Assembly (NCBI GenBank): GCA_002269645.1
Contig: NIVC01003153.1
Location: 52,346-116,345, forward strand
Reading direction: 5' to 3'
DNA from: Macrostomum lignano
Taxonomy: Eukaryota
DNA: 64,000 nucleotides
Part shown: piece by piece, positions 44,951 through 58,068 of the stretch
How positions within the stretch are numbered: the stretch's first letter is position 1
Layout of the letters: the number at the start of each line of letters is the position of its first letter
Made by a program: the position numbers and the translations under genes
The notes under the pieces: generated by a model
Told to the model about the DNA's origin: nothing
The model's input: the letters and a program-made list of their open reading frames with translations, nothing else
The model's database searches: none

Positions 44951-45656
44951 ATTGGAGACAACTGGAATGCAATAAAGATCATACCAAGTGCTTGATTCAG
45001 CCATTCAGTCATTAATTCAAGAAGATGTACTTTTCAGAAATCACAAGTCGCACTGCGCCGCCATCAGGAATGCCAGGCTCAGCGGGAGTGCAAGCCTCGC
45101 CCTCAGCCAAGTCGCCAAGCTGATTTATCCAATGTCCGATTACAAAAAAGGCGGATCAGAACGTAGGAGGGCATTGGGGAATCGGGGAGGGGAGAATTAT
45201 CCCCATTCGCACAAGGGCCACGCCCTGAGCGCGGATTTGCTTTGCTCTGCCCCCGCTCATCCTGCATCCGGAGATGCGAACGGTTCTTGTCCAGTTGACA
45301 GCCTGTGCTGCAGTGCTTCCCCGCTAGTGCGGCGGGATCTGCCCCAGGATTCCTTTCTCTGCCGTTTCTTGTCTACTAGTGGAAGCCAGTAAAATAATCT
45401 GACCCAGTTTCCAGTGCCAGTTACCAGTAAAGACAGCCAAGATTGAAATTCTCCCAGCCATGAATTCGCCGCGTGAAAAATGCAATCCTTCACTGTGGGG
45501 TGCAATTAATCCTTTGCGATCATTCGCCTTCGAACACCTGCCTTCCAGCCGCTGTGCCTCTGCGCTCCGTGCCGCTCTGCCTTTTTGCATCCATACTTGC
45601 CATCTGCAGCCGCTTCTGCTTCATCCAATTACTAATTCTTTAATTAACTTCCCGTT

Positions 45657-46024
45657 TCCCTACTCCCTGTGCCCTACTCCCTTACTCCCCACTACCTACT
45701 CCCCTCTCCCAACTCCCCTCCCCCTACTCCCCTCTTCCTACTCCCTACTCCCTACTCCCTACTTTCTACTCCCTACTCCTTACTCCCCACTCCCTACTCC
45801 CCACTCCCTATTCCCCTCTCCATACTCCCCTCCCCCTACTCCCCTCTCCCTACTCCCCTCCCCCTACTCCCTTCTCCCTACTCCTCTCTTCCTACTCCTT
45901 ACTTTCTACTCCCTACTCCTTACTCCCTACTCCCTACTCCTTACTCCCTACTCCTTACTCCCTACTCCCTACTCCCTACTCCCCACACCCTACTCCTTAA
46001 TCCCTACTCTCTACTCCCTATTCC
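45657..46024. repeat. (CTACTCC)n-like pyrimidine-rich repeat
   Basis: Direct. Confidence 0.85.
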
Positions 46025-46475
46025 CAAATATCTATACTGCCTACTTTTGTACAACTTTTACAACTTTTGAAGTTGTTTGAGAGCGGCAGCACAAGCCATC
46101 AGTCAGGACTGCGGTACCACGCAATCTTTTAAGCCCTTTAAAAGCAATTATACAGACAGACGGCAACACAACAGCTTCCATCCGCGTCAGTCTTTTAGAA
46201 ACTCTTGAGTTAAATTCCTCCCCAACTCCGCTTCATTGATTATTTAACAATGAGTTTTTTTACCGTAGCCTCAAGCTCACTGCCTTCACACCTCAGCGGA
46301 CCAATAAACAAATGAGGTGCAGTTGCTGTTGGCTGGCTGTCAGCTGAGTTCTGAGACTGTCGCTGACTCAGTTCTAACTTTTGGGGGGACAAAGAGAAAG
46401 GGGAGATGCAATGAGGCGACTCCAGCGACCCTTCGAGTGACCTTTCCAGCTCAGAAAACTTAGAGCAATTTAGAT

Positions 46476-47581
46476 TGTCAGGTGTGCCATTTGTCAGTGT
46501 CAGGTGTGCCCTTTGTCAGTGTCAGGTGTGTCATTTGTCAGTGTCAGGTGTGCCAGTTGTCAGTGTCAGGTGTGCCCTTTGTCAATGTCAGGTGTGCCAT
46601 TTGTCAGTGTCAGGTGTGCCATTTGTCAGTGTCATGTGTGCCAGTTGTCAGTGTCAGGTGTGCCATTTGTCAGTGTCAGGTGTGCCAGTTGTCAGTGTCA
46701 GGTGTGCCATTTGTCAGTGTCAGGTGTGCCATTTGTCAGTGTCAGGTGTGCCATTTGTCAGTGTCAGGTGTGCCCTTTGTCAGTGTCAGGTGTGCCATTT
46801 GTCAGTGTCAGGTGTGCCCTTTGTCAGTGTCAGGTGTGCCATTTGTCAGTGTCAGGTGTGCCCTTTGTCAGTGTCAGGTGTGCCATTTGTCAGTGTCAGG
46901 TGTGCCCTTTGTCAGTGTCAGGTGTGCCATTTGTCAGTGTCAGGTGTGCCATTTGTCAGTGTCAGGTGTGCCCTTTGTCAGTGTCAGGTGTGCCATTTGT
47001 CAGTGTCAGGTGTGCCCTTTGTCAGTGTCAGGTGTGCCATTTGTCAGTGTCAGGTGTGCCATTTGTCAGTGTCAGGTGTGCCAGTTGTCAGTGTCAGGTG
47101 TGCCATTTGTCAGTGTCAGGTGTGCCATTTGTCAGTGTCAGGTGTGCCAGTTGTCAGTGTCAGGTGTGCCAGTTGTCAGTGTCAGGTGTGCCATTTGTCA
47201 GTGTCAGGTGTGCCATTTGTCAGTGTCAGGTGTGCCCTTTGTCAGTGTCAGGTGTGCCATTTGTCAGTGTCAGGTGTGCCCTTTGTCAGTGTCAGGTGTG
47301 CCATTTGTCAGTGTCAGGTGTGCCAGTTGTCAGTGTCAGGTGTGCCCTTTGTCAGTGTCAGGTGTGCCATTTGTCAGTGTCAGGTGTGCCAGTTGTCAGT
47401 GTCAGGTGTGCCATTTGTCAGTGTCAGGTGTGCCAGTTGTCAGTGTCAGGTGTGCCAGTTGTCAGTGTCAGGTGTGCCATTTGTCAGTGTCAGGTGTGCC
47501 ATTTGTCAGTGTCAGGTGTGCCAGTTGTCAGTGTCAGGTGTGCCAGTTGTCAGTGTCAGGTGTGCCCTTTGTCAGTGTCAG
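46476..47581. repeat. 22-bp minisatellite (TGTCAGTGTCAGGTGTGCCATT), ~50 copies
   Basis: Direct. Confidence 0.95.
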
Positions 47582-48099
47582 ATGGCGCTTCTGAAACATT
47601 TTTGGAGTGTCAGGAATGCCACTGCGAGTTGTCAGGTTTGCCCCCTCCCAATTAAAAAGCCAGAGCTGAGTTGTGCTCAAGCCTGAGTGCTCAGAATTAA
47701 CCAGCCGGGGAGCTCAGCTGCAACTTGATACCCTCTGAGTTGCAATTCAGCACAGAAGAGGTGTTGGATTTTCTGTTGCTTGCAACCTCAAAGCTTCAGA
47801 CAGCACAAAGGAACTGACACTGCCTACAAAAGGGGATTGGCGTCCCAATTTTCCTTGTTTGCTTGATGGGGTCACAGTTGGGTGCCAAGCATTGATGCAG
47901 TGAGTCAGTCCGGCTCTCGGCTGGATCACACCTGCACCTCATCCCGTGTCCCAATTGTTAACAGCTGGGAGATCGTTTTCCTGGGATGAATTTTTAGGGG
48001 ATGCAATTTGTGTCAGAAATGTCTACCTTTCAGTGTCTCAGGGCTCTAGGAAAATTATTTCTGATTTCCGATTCAAAGCAGCTATACTCTTAGAATGTT

Positions 48100-48647
48100 T
48101 TCCGATTCGAAGCAATTACAGAATGATTCTAGGAAAATGATTTCCAATTCGAAGCAATTACAGAATGATTCTAGGAAAATGATTTCCGATTCGAAGCAAT
48201 TACAGAATGATTCTAGGAAAATGATTTCCGATTCAAAGCAATTACAGAATGATTCTAGGAAAATGATTTCCGATTCGAAGCAATTACAGAATGATTCTAT
48301 GAAAATGATTTCCAATTCGAAGCAATTACAGAATGATTCTAGGAAAATGATTTCCGATTCGAAGCAATTACAGAATGACTCTAGGAAAATGATTTCCGAT
48401 TCAAAGCAATTACAGAATGATTCTAGGAAAATGATTTCCGATTCGAAGCAATTACAGAATGATTCTATGAAAATGATTTCCAATTCGAAGCAATTACAGA
48501 ATGATTCTAGGAAAATGATTTCCGATTCGAAGCAACTACAGAATGACTCTAGGAAAATGATTTCCGATTCAAAGCAATTACAGAATGATTCTAGGAAAAT
48601 GAGTTCCGATTCAAAGCAACTACAGAATGATTCTAGGAAAATGATTT
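48100..48647. repeat. 42-bp minisatellite, ~13 copies
   Basis: TTCCGATTCGAAGCAATTACAGAATGATTCTAGGAAAATGAT. Confidence 0.93.
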
Positions 48648-49371
48648 TAGTAACATATGTAATGCTAATACAGCCATATGCATATTCAGAACACTCAAGC
48701 ATAGGCCATAATAACAAGGCTGCTTTTCCGGAGGGGGTGGCCGGGTTCTCAAGCATAGACTTTCTCAAAGGCGTTAATCCGCGCCCCGAAGAGCCTCAGG
48801 CTCCACGGATAATTGCCCACCCCCGAGTCGGCACCTGCTAGCAGACACGTCAGCCGTATTAATTATCCTCAGCCGCTTACTTCCGCTGCAAACGGCGGCT
48901 TACCTTATATTTACGCAACTGGCGTTCAGCTAATTACTGGTGTGCAGCCTGGAGCAGCGGATTATGCTTATCGACACTCGCCACCACCCCCCCTCTCGAA
49001 GCACCTCCCGCAGCCGGCTCACAGCTCTAGAATAGGCGTGTCGGCCCCGACGCGGGTGTCCACTTATAGTTGCGTAAATAATTAAGCAAATTGCATTAGG
49101 CCTTGAGCTCAGCGTATTGAGTAGCTCAGGGGGGGGGGGAGCGTTAAAGTGACCCCGCGGGCGTCTGCATGTGTTTGCGAAAAAATTGTCTAAAGAAACG
49201 TCTGCCTGCTATTGCCGTTTGCAGGCTCTGGCATGGAGTACTAGAAGTAGCATCTGGACTGGAAGCTGACCCGAATGAGCCATTGAGTAGTTGTGACGGC
49301 TCGAAGTACCTCCTGAGTTCGATTCCGAGCGTGGCCACGCTCAGAAGTAAGCAGAATGGGCATGGCTGATG

Positions 49372-50110
<739 letters not shown>

Positions 50111-50589
50111 TTCTGTAGTCTAGCTGTATAAGTTTCGATCTCCATGACTCCAACAGGCCGATCCCATTTCCCTGCAGCTGGGCTAACAGATTGCAAGAAT
50201 TTCTTCCCCTCGAATTACGTAACGCGCCTCAGAAATCAACGAAGTGGAAATTTTTTTCGTCGCCCGAAGTCTGTCGGTAAACTCGGCGGGGGGTCTGTGC
50301 GAAAAAAGAAATTGTTCTTGCTTCGAGTTAATTCAAAACTGGACTAGGAGCGCCGGGCGACAGCAAGTGAGTGAGTGACATTTCGTGTATTCACTGAGCA
50401 GCTGCCCCGGAATCATGAAGCGCTGCGGTTTTATCGCTGGCTGAGTGAGAAATGCATCATTTCTCAGCCTGCTTTGTTTCTCTTGAGCTCATTCTGCGTC
50501 ACTGAGGCTCTCCATCCTGTCTGCCTCTCTCTTTATCTCCTCATTTGCCAACTCCCTCAACTGCCTGCCCACTGACTCTGAGCTCTGCT

Positions 50590-51572
50590 CGTCTCTTGCG
50601 ATTCTCGTCCTCCCTCCCTCTCATGCTCATCTCCTCTCTCTTCTCGCTCTACTCTTTCCTCTCTTCCTCTCTCTCCCTCTCTTCCTCTCTCCCTCTCTCC
50701 CTCTCTCTCCCTCTCTCCTCTCTCCCTCTCTCCCTCTCTCCCTCTCTTCCTCTCTCCCTCTCTCTCCCTCTCTCTCTCTCCCTCTCCCTCTCCCCCTCCC
50801 CCTCCCCCTCTCCCCCTCTCCCCCTCTCCCCCTCTCTCCCTCTCTCTCTCCCCTCTCTCCCTCTCTCCCTCTCTCTCTCTCCCTCTCTCCCTCTCTCCTC
50901 TCTTCCTCTCCCCCTCTCCCCCTCTCCCCCTCTCCCCCTCTCCCCCTCTCTCCCTCTCTCTCTCTCTCCCTCTCTCCCTCTCTCCCTCTCTCTCTCTCTC
51001 CCTCTCTCCCTCTCTCCCTCTCTTCCTCTCTCCCTCCCTCTCCCTCTCTCTCCTCTCTCTCCCTCTCTCCCTCACTCCCTCTCCCCCTCTCCCCCTCTCC
51101 CCCTCTCTCCCTCTCTCTCTCTCCCTCTCTCCCTCTCTCCCTCTCTCCCTCTCTTCCTCTCTCCCTCCCTCTCCCTCCCTCTCCCTCTCTCTCCCTCTCT
51201 CCCTCACTCCCTCTCCCCCTCTCCCCTCTCTCCCCCTCTCTCCCTCTCTCTCTCTCTCCCTCTCTCCCTCTCTCCCTCTCTCCCTCTCTCCCTCCCTCTC
51301 CTTCCCTCTCCCTCTCTCTCCCTCTCTCTCTCCCTCTCTCTCCCTCTCTCTCTCTCCCTCTCCCCCTCTCTCCCTCTCTCTCTCTCCCTCTCTCCCTCTC
51401 TCCCTCTCTCCCTCTCTTCCTCTCTCCCTCCCTCTCCCTCCCTCTCCCTCTCTCTCCCTCTCTCCCCCTCTCCCTCTCTCTCCCTCTCTTCCTCTCTCTC
51501 GCTCTCTCCCTCTTTCCCTCCCCCTCTCTCCCTCTTCCCCTCTCTCCCTCTCTCCCTCTCTCCCTTCCTCAA
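50590..51572. repeat. CT-rich low-complexity (polypyrimidine) tract
   Basis: Direct. Confidence 0.92.
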
Positions 51573-53367
51573 TCTCACCGTTCTCTTTTCCCTCTTAGCT
51601 TCACCAGGTTCCTTGGAACACCTCGAAGGAAAAAGTGCCTACCAAAACTGAACGCACAGCGAATATTTCTTAATCCTGAGTTCAGCCAACTCCTCAAAGC
51701 TTCAGACGATTCAGCCTCTCCTTAGCAAAGTACATTCCGTCATTTCAAATATTCTTACTTTTTTCTCAATCTATTCTGCGATACGCCTCAATTGTCCGGC
51801 CCACAACTGTCAGTCTGTCTGTCTGTCCAGCACATTCTAAATTCAGTCTTCCAAGAACTGCCCCACGGCTACAAACTGCTTGTCAGAAACTCTTCAGTTC
51901 CGCCTTATCTCAGTTTGAAATCCTGGCCCATGAGCTGGCAACACCCATGGTTGGCCCACTGTGATTGATCTCGCTGTGACTTGGCGTGACCAAGGATGCC
52001 TCTAGTTTGAAATCTGGACTGGCAGCGGAACCTTTCTCGGACTTGGTTTTCAGGGACTACTAAAACTTTTTGGAATGGAAGCTGAGCCTTTGATTGTTCA
52101 GGGACGCCTAAAACCACTCTGGATTGGAAGCTGAGCTACTATTTAATAAGGACTCCCAAAACTTCTCTGGACTGTAAATGAGAATAGAAAATTAGTTTAC
52201 TTAGAAAAATGCAGAAATCAAGTTTGAGTCTGCATCTGCAGTCTATATTGGATCATACCGGTATTTTAATTAAAATTCCAAAAAGTTCTAGAAAGATAGC
52301 TTTATTGGCTCCAGTCCAGACATTCTAATCAAGTCGTCCATGACGCGGAAAATAATGGGTGGGGATTTTTCACACAGTTCCCCGGCATTTGTCCATCAGC
52401 TCGTGAAGGGGGCGGCGCGGGGCGCGGCAAGCAATCGGAATTGATGGATTGCATTGTGGAGTGCCTCGACCGCTTATATTATTAAGCACTCCCTGAACTC
52501 TGCCTCTGCAGCTCCCGTACCCACCAGAGGTGACCCCCAGATCCCACATTCCCCAGCCAAGTTTCAATAATATGGGCCAATGGCATTTTTATTCATAGGC
52601 AACCCCATTGAGAGCAATGACTGGCGGATATTGGCATCACCAGATAGTTATTGACTTTCGCTAAAGTTGCTGGGGTACTTCTCAGTCACTCTTCATCTGG
52701 GAGCTGAGTCTGAATAATGCTCTGATCACTTTTTTATGTCAGCTCAGCTTTCAGTATCTATTGATTATCGGTCATTTCAGGGTGCAGTTCAGGGTTCAGT
52801 TCAGGGTGAGTAGTATACGTTTTTTTGACACAAAGCCGATTTCCTTATGGCGAAATACATAGTAAGTACAGGCCCAAAAAAATGGCAGAGTCCGAAATTT
52901 CATGTGCACGCAGTCTGAAATTCCATGTGCACGCAGTCTGAAATTCCAAGTGCACGCTAAATATCTTTTACGCAACGTGATTATTCAGACGAATTGCATA
53001 TCCACCTGTCCAAAATACAAGTAACCGATTCTAGCAATGGTGACACAAACACACTTCAAAGGATTCCATTCAAGACAAATTTACTCCAAAGCTATTCACA
53101 CATTTCAAGTGTTTTTGAAATATTGAAAACTTGTGAATATTATCACCCTTTTGAAGAAAGATAGTAAATGATCTATTCTTGAGTGCCTATAGAATTTTTG
53201 CACCAACTTGAGCAGATGGTTTACAGATACTATGTCAACAACTGCGTCAACATGCTTCTTCTTTATACTATATATATATACGAACACACTGACACAGAAA
53301 ATATTAAATAACTTAAACCAAGTTTACATTATACTACTTGTTCAACTATACTTACATCTTAAGTGAA

Positions 53368-54229
53368 ATGAAGCGATCACGTCAGCAGGAATTGGCCGAG
53401 CGCTATGTTAAACAAGGTAAGATAATCACCTACTCTAGTTCAGTTTTCTTTTTTAGATTGACTGTTCGCTATAGTTTAGTTTCTAGATTGATTGTTAGTT
53501 CGGTTTCTGTTTAGACCGATCCTCTGTTTGTTCAGTCTCTAGATTGATTTTCTGCTAGTTCGGTTTCTGTTTAGACTAATACTCTGCTAGTTCAGAATTT
53601 CTAGATTGATTGTCTGCTAGTTCGGTTTCTGTTTAGACTGATTCTCTGCTAGTTCAGTTTCTATATACATTGTATACATGCACCTATACCAAATTTCCCT
53701 CATCTTATCCATTATTATAGCATTCAAGAATGGTTTCTTCACGCGGCCACCACCAGATCAGTGCAAACGCATTTGCCACGACACCACCACATCCAATTCT
53801 GCTGCAAGAGCATCATATTCTACATCTCTCGCCAGAGTAACCTCGATTCATGTCGAGAGACAGACAACTGAGCTAGATCGCATTTACACAAGAACTGATG
53901 TTATTCAGTCAATTAGGCAGCAATCGAACCCACGACCAACTGACCAACTGCAGTATGCACCACCACCACCATCACCAACCAGCTACAATGACCCAACAAA
54001 GCAAACTTGCAGTAAGCCTACAAGTACCAAACCAACGACAGCAACTGAAACACCATCATCATCAATTGCTATTTCTACCCAAGTTCAACCGCTGCTAAAC
54101 TCGCCAATTATTGTACAGAAGGACATCAAGTCTGTAAAAGTCTCTCAAATGAGCACAGGCTTCTACCAAGTAGAATTACCAAAGACCTGTAATACAACTC
54201 AAGTATTTGAATATTGGGACCTATCTTAA
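53368..54229 (+). CDS. Maverick uncharacterized protein, 2 exons (53368-53416, 53721-54229)
   Basis: MKRSRQQELAERYVKQ, then a phase-1 GTAAGA donor; TTATAG acceptor gives an in-frame AFKNGFF..; S/T/P-rich body. Confidence 0.55.
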
Positions 54230-54482
54230 AAAGACATTTTTTCTAACTCTTCATAAAATTTTGCCAGCAATGTGTCCAAGTAATTGCTCTTTTAGTATAT
54301 ATCAAACAAGTCTGTAATCAATAATATAATCTCTATAAATTCATTATTCTAAAAAATTCTTTCAATTTTATTCGCCATTTATTGAAATTATTTAATTCAA
54401 TATAAAGTCAATATCTTGTACAGTCATCATTAAACAAAAATTATTAATCCATGCAAATAATTTTTTTTTCATACGTTTCTTT

Positions 54483-55170
54483 AGCCATGGTCTGGCTTTT
54501 GCCTCAACAGTATGATTTAGCTGTGGTCCAGCTTTTGCCTCAACAGTATGATTTAGCTGTGGTCCAGCTTTTGCCTCAACAGTTTTTAGCCGTGGTCCGG
54601 CTTTTTTGCCTCAGCAGTATGATTTAGCTGTGGTCTAGCTTAAAACTGCATCAACAGTGATTTAGCTATAGTCCAGGCTTAACTACCTCAACGATGATTT
54701 AGCTATAGTCAAGGCTTAACTGTCTCAACAGTAATTTTAGCTGTTGTCCAGACTTAACTGCCTCAACAGTGATTTTAGCTGTGGTCCAGGCAACTGTCTC
54801 AACAGGGATTTAGCTGTAGTCCGATTAGCTTAACTGTCCAGTTATTTAGCTGTGAGCCAAGCAGCAGCACCCGTCTCAACAGTGAGAATTAGCTATGGTC
54901 AGCTTTACCTCAACTGTGATTTGGCTGCTGTGGTCTAGCATAACTGACTCAACAGTAATTTTAGCTGTAGTCGTCCAGCTTAACCACCCGTCCAGTTTTA
55001 TAACCATGGTCCAGCTTAACCACCGTCTCAACGTACAGCGATTTAGTCGTGGTCCAGCTTAACCGTCTCAACGTACAGTGATTTAGCCATGGGTCTAGTA
55101 GCAATTAACCGTATCAATAGTGATTTAGCCGTGGTCCAGCTTAACTGTCTCAACACAGTAATTTAGCTTA
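54483..55170. repeat. Degenerate ~30-bp tandem repeat (CCTCAACAGTGATTTAGCTGTGGTCCAGCTT) within the Maverick left arm
   Basis: ~20 variable copies. Confidence 0.8.
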
Positions 55171-55878
55171 GTCCAAACAGCATTTGTGTGTCAACTGCAC
55201 TGACTGCATGCGGTTATAGCAGCGGCAGTCATTATAGTCCCAACAAGCTGCGCGTCGCAGCATGATAGTGTAACTCTATATAGCTTCTGCTCAATATAGG
55301 ACTGCAAAAGCTGAGTTACAACTATACCTTTTTCTGTTTGAAAAGTAACACTCTATATATAGGTTACTCAAGCAATCTCTTGTCACCGTGCGAGCTAAAA
55401 AATTCCAACATGCAAGCAAAACTTTCAATAAATTAATTTCATAGCACCGCGTGCAGCTTATTTTTACTCTAAAATCCAAGATTGCTAATTTTTCAAGTCG
55501 CAAAATATTTTAATTACATTCTACTTGAGAACAAAACCAATCTAATGAAGCAGCAACCAGCAGTCTTCTTATTAAACGCTTGCCATCGTGTTACTCTTGC
55601 AAATTTATAACTAGTGTGCCTAAGATTCATTAATTTTATTGTATAAAATATCAACCTACATTTGCGTAAAATTAGACCTAATCATGCAACCCACCCTAGA
55701 AACTTATGCCACCTTTGGCACGCAACAATGTCTTAATCAGCACGCAACAATTAAATTTGTTTACTAGTTCACAAACAGCATGCAAAGCTTGCTATAAATA
55801 CAAGACCCGAAATGGTCAATTTTTCATGAGCTCAATCATTACAGCAAAAGAAATACTATATTCAATTGCTTGTAAGAC

Positions 55879-57077
55879 ATGGCAGCTTGCATCAAGACGG
55901 AGTCAATTGTACGCTCCGACTCGAGTCCGATTTTTTACGTTGGAGAGCAGTCTACAACCACGACTGGTTCGTCCTGCCAGTTTCGATCTATTGCGTGGAA
56001 ACCATCAATCGAGTGTACAAAATGGTACCCAATTATATTGCAAACCAAGGCTCCAATGGAGCTTTTTCGTGGAATCGCAGAAAGGCCAGAGCTCGATCAT
56101 CCGTCTTGCAGACACGACTCTCGCGACGCAGTAAGTGTCCAATTTCATCCAGACAGCTGCGATAAGGAACTCTTCCACTCTCTCCGGTGAGCACCATATT
56201 AAATTTATACAATTAATTTTAGGAAACTATATTCATAATTTATATAATGTTTTGCAGTCAAGTCGAAAAAGGTCTATCGGTCAAGTTGAACGAGATTCAA
56301 GATGCTCGACCCTTGGCACGACTAACAAAACCAGCTCATCAGCATGCTAACGACGTCCTCGAGTTTGTGCCTCAACAATGGCTGGCTATAAAGCCTGCTT
56401 ACCCTTGTGCCACAATCAGGATCAGCAACGATCATCCACACGGGAAGGAGGTGTCCATTTCCGATTTCAAAGGTGTCAGCGGTACCTACCAAATGACAGT
56501 GCAAGCAACGAGCTTGTATTGTCCAAAAGGCTGCCTCGTCTGGCGCATTACATTCGCTGTGCGCTCTCTGACACTCATAGAATCTTCCGACAACATGTTG
56601 CAGCGCCTCGACATGTTCAAGGGAGTGCTTGCACACCTACCCGCGACCAAGTCAGCAATTAGAAGCAGGAGTCCGTCCCCAACATCTACCTGTGAGCAAG
56701 AAGAAGCAAATGAACAAAGCCTGCAGAATTCAAGCCAGGTGACACCTGCCAAGTCACCTGCAAAGCGTCGGTCTACCACCACCGTATCGAAGAAGTCGAC
56801 TACATCGAATGCAGCGCCAGCCTCTATTGAACCGCCGCCTAAAAAGCAAGTTCGAAAACGCAGCGGTGCAAAACAGCAAAACAATTCTGCCGAAGCTGGT
56901 GCAGATGGCACAGACTGGGTGGAGGCTCCACCAGCAAAGATCTTGGTGAGTACACCTGCCTCTGGAACCAGGGTAGCGTCCAAGGAGACAGCATTTTTAA
57001 AGCGTGCTGCTGCGGACGCTACTACAGCTAGCGTGTCTTCATCGGACGACTCGTACAGCAGCTCTGATGATGAGTAA
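55879..57077 (+). CDS. Maverick uncharacterized protein, possibly OB-fold ssDNA-binding; 2 exons (55879-56186, 56258-57077)
   Basis: 71-bp phase-2 intron GTGAGC..TTTTGCAG joins ORFs 55879 and 56247; K/S/T-rich linker and acidic tail SSSDDSYSSSDDE. Confidence 0.6.
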
Positions 57078-57287
57078 CAAAATTTTTGACTAATTTTATC
57101 CAAGTTTTAACTAACTTATTCCACTATATTTATCAAATTTTTGGCTAGGGAAATATTATTTTTTAGGGAAAAGCTCAAAACATTTTTTGCTACTCCTTGT
57201 ACGCTAACCAGGTTTTGTAATTTAATATTAGAATTTACGATAGTATAGTCATGTTTAACTTTTCTTATTATTTATTTTCCGTTTTAG

Positions 57288-57845
57288 CGACTTGTCCTAT
57301 TAATAGTTACTGCGAGTCTGAAGCTGCACCCGTTTGAAAAATTTGATTTAAAGCAGACCAAACAGAAGCTACAGACCAGAAACCGGTTTTGCAAACTATT
57401 CCTAAGCCGACCAACAATGCTAAAGACAATTTATTCAAATGCTAAAATCCAACTTTATCCAGCAGGAAAACTAACTATATATGGCTGTAAATCAAATTCT
57501 CAGATAGTCTCAGTTTTACGATTTATCAACGACACTATTAATTGTGTAGATTTTGATTCAGTAAAAATTCAGAGCAGTACCTATGTCGGCTTTATTGGTC
57601 ATCTTTGGCCAAAATTCGGTTTCTCTAGTCTAAAAAGATATGCAGGCTACTATTCGAATTATCTGGTTGGATACGATGCAGAAAATTTCCCACAAGCAGT
57701 TTCTGTTAGATCAGCATCAAAACCAAGGCTTTTTTGTAACATATTTTTTTCGAAAAAGTTTGTTATTATGGGCGTTCAAAACACTCATGAATTGAATAAT
57801 ATTCTTAACCATGTCAAGGATTTTTTAATCTCTGTTAATAACTAA
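57288..57845 (+). CDS. TATA-box-binding-protein (TBP)-like protein, divergent; frame opens right after an AG acceptor, first ATG at 57417
   Basis: RLVLLIVTASL..KFDLKQ (cf. QNIVSTVNL..LDLKT); KIQLYPAGKLTIYGCKS (cf. ALIFSSGKMVCTGAKS); VKIQSSTYVG (cf. FKIQNMVGS); YDAENFPQ..KPRLFCNIFFSKKFVIMGV (cf. YEPELFPG..KPRIVLLIFVSGKVVLTGA). Confidence 0.8.
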   Translation, partial: RLVLLIVTASLKLHPFEKFDLKQTKQKLQTRNRFCKLFLSRPTMLKTIYSNAKIQLYPAGKLTIYGCKSNSQIVSVLRFINDTINCVDFDSVKIQSSTYVGFIGHLWPKFGFSSLKRYAGYYSNYLVGYDAENFPQAVSVRSASKPRLFCNIFFSKKFVIMGVQNTHELNNILNHVKDFLISVNN

Positions 57846-58068
57846 ACTTAACAAGTAAACAATTGCTGTCAAATCGCAGTTGCGATGCATTCTTTTACAA
57901 ACATTTTGTCTTTTTTTATTTATTTACCAATTGTTTTCTCTAATAGTAAACGTGTCAGCTATACCTATAACTAACCAAATCATCATTTTTCTTACAGCCG
58001 CAAATGACAAACCGGATCATCTATTAATATTATGCTCGATACGCTCGTTGTCGAGCTAGGTGCACACA

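Noticed and set aside
55706-56134. 142-aa ORF with a CKAC motif overlapping the SSB-like exon 1
   Set aside because: It overlaps a better-supported spliced frame and shows no clear domain.
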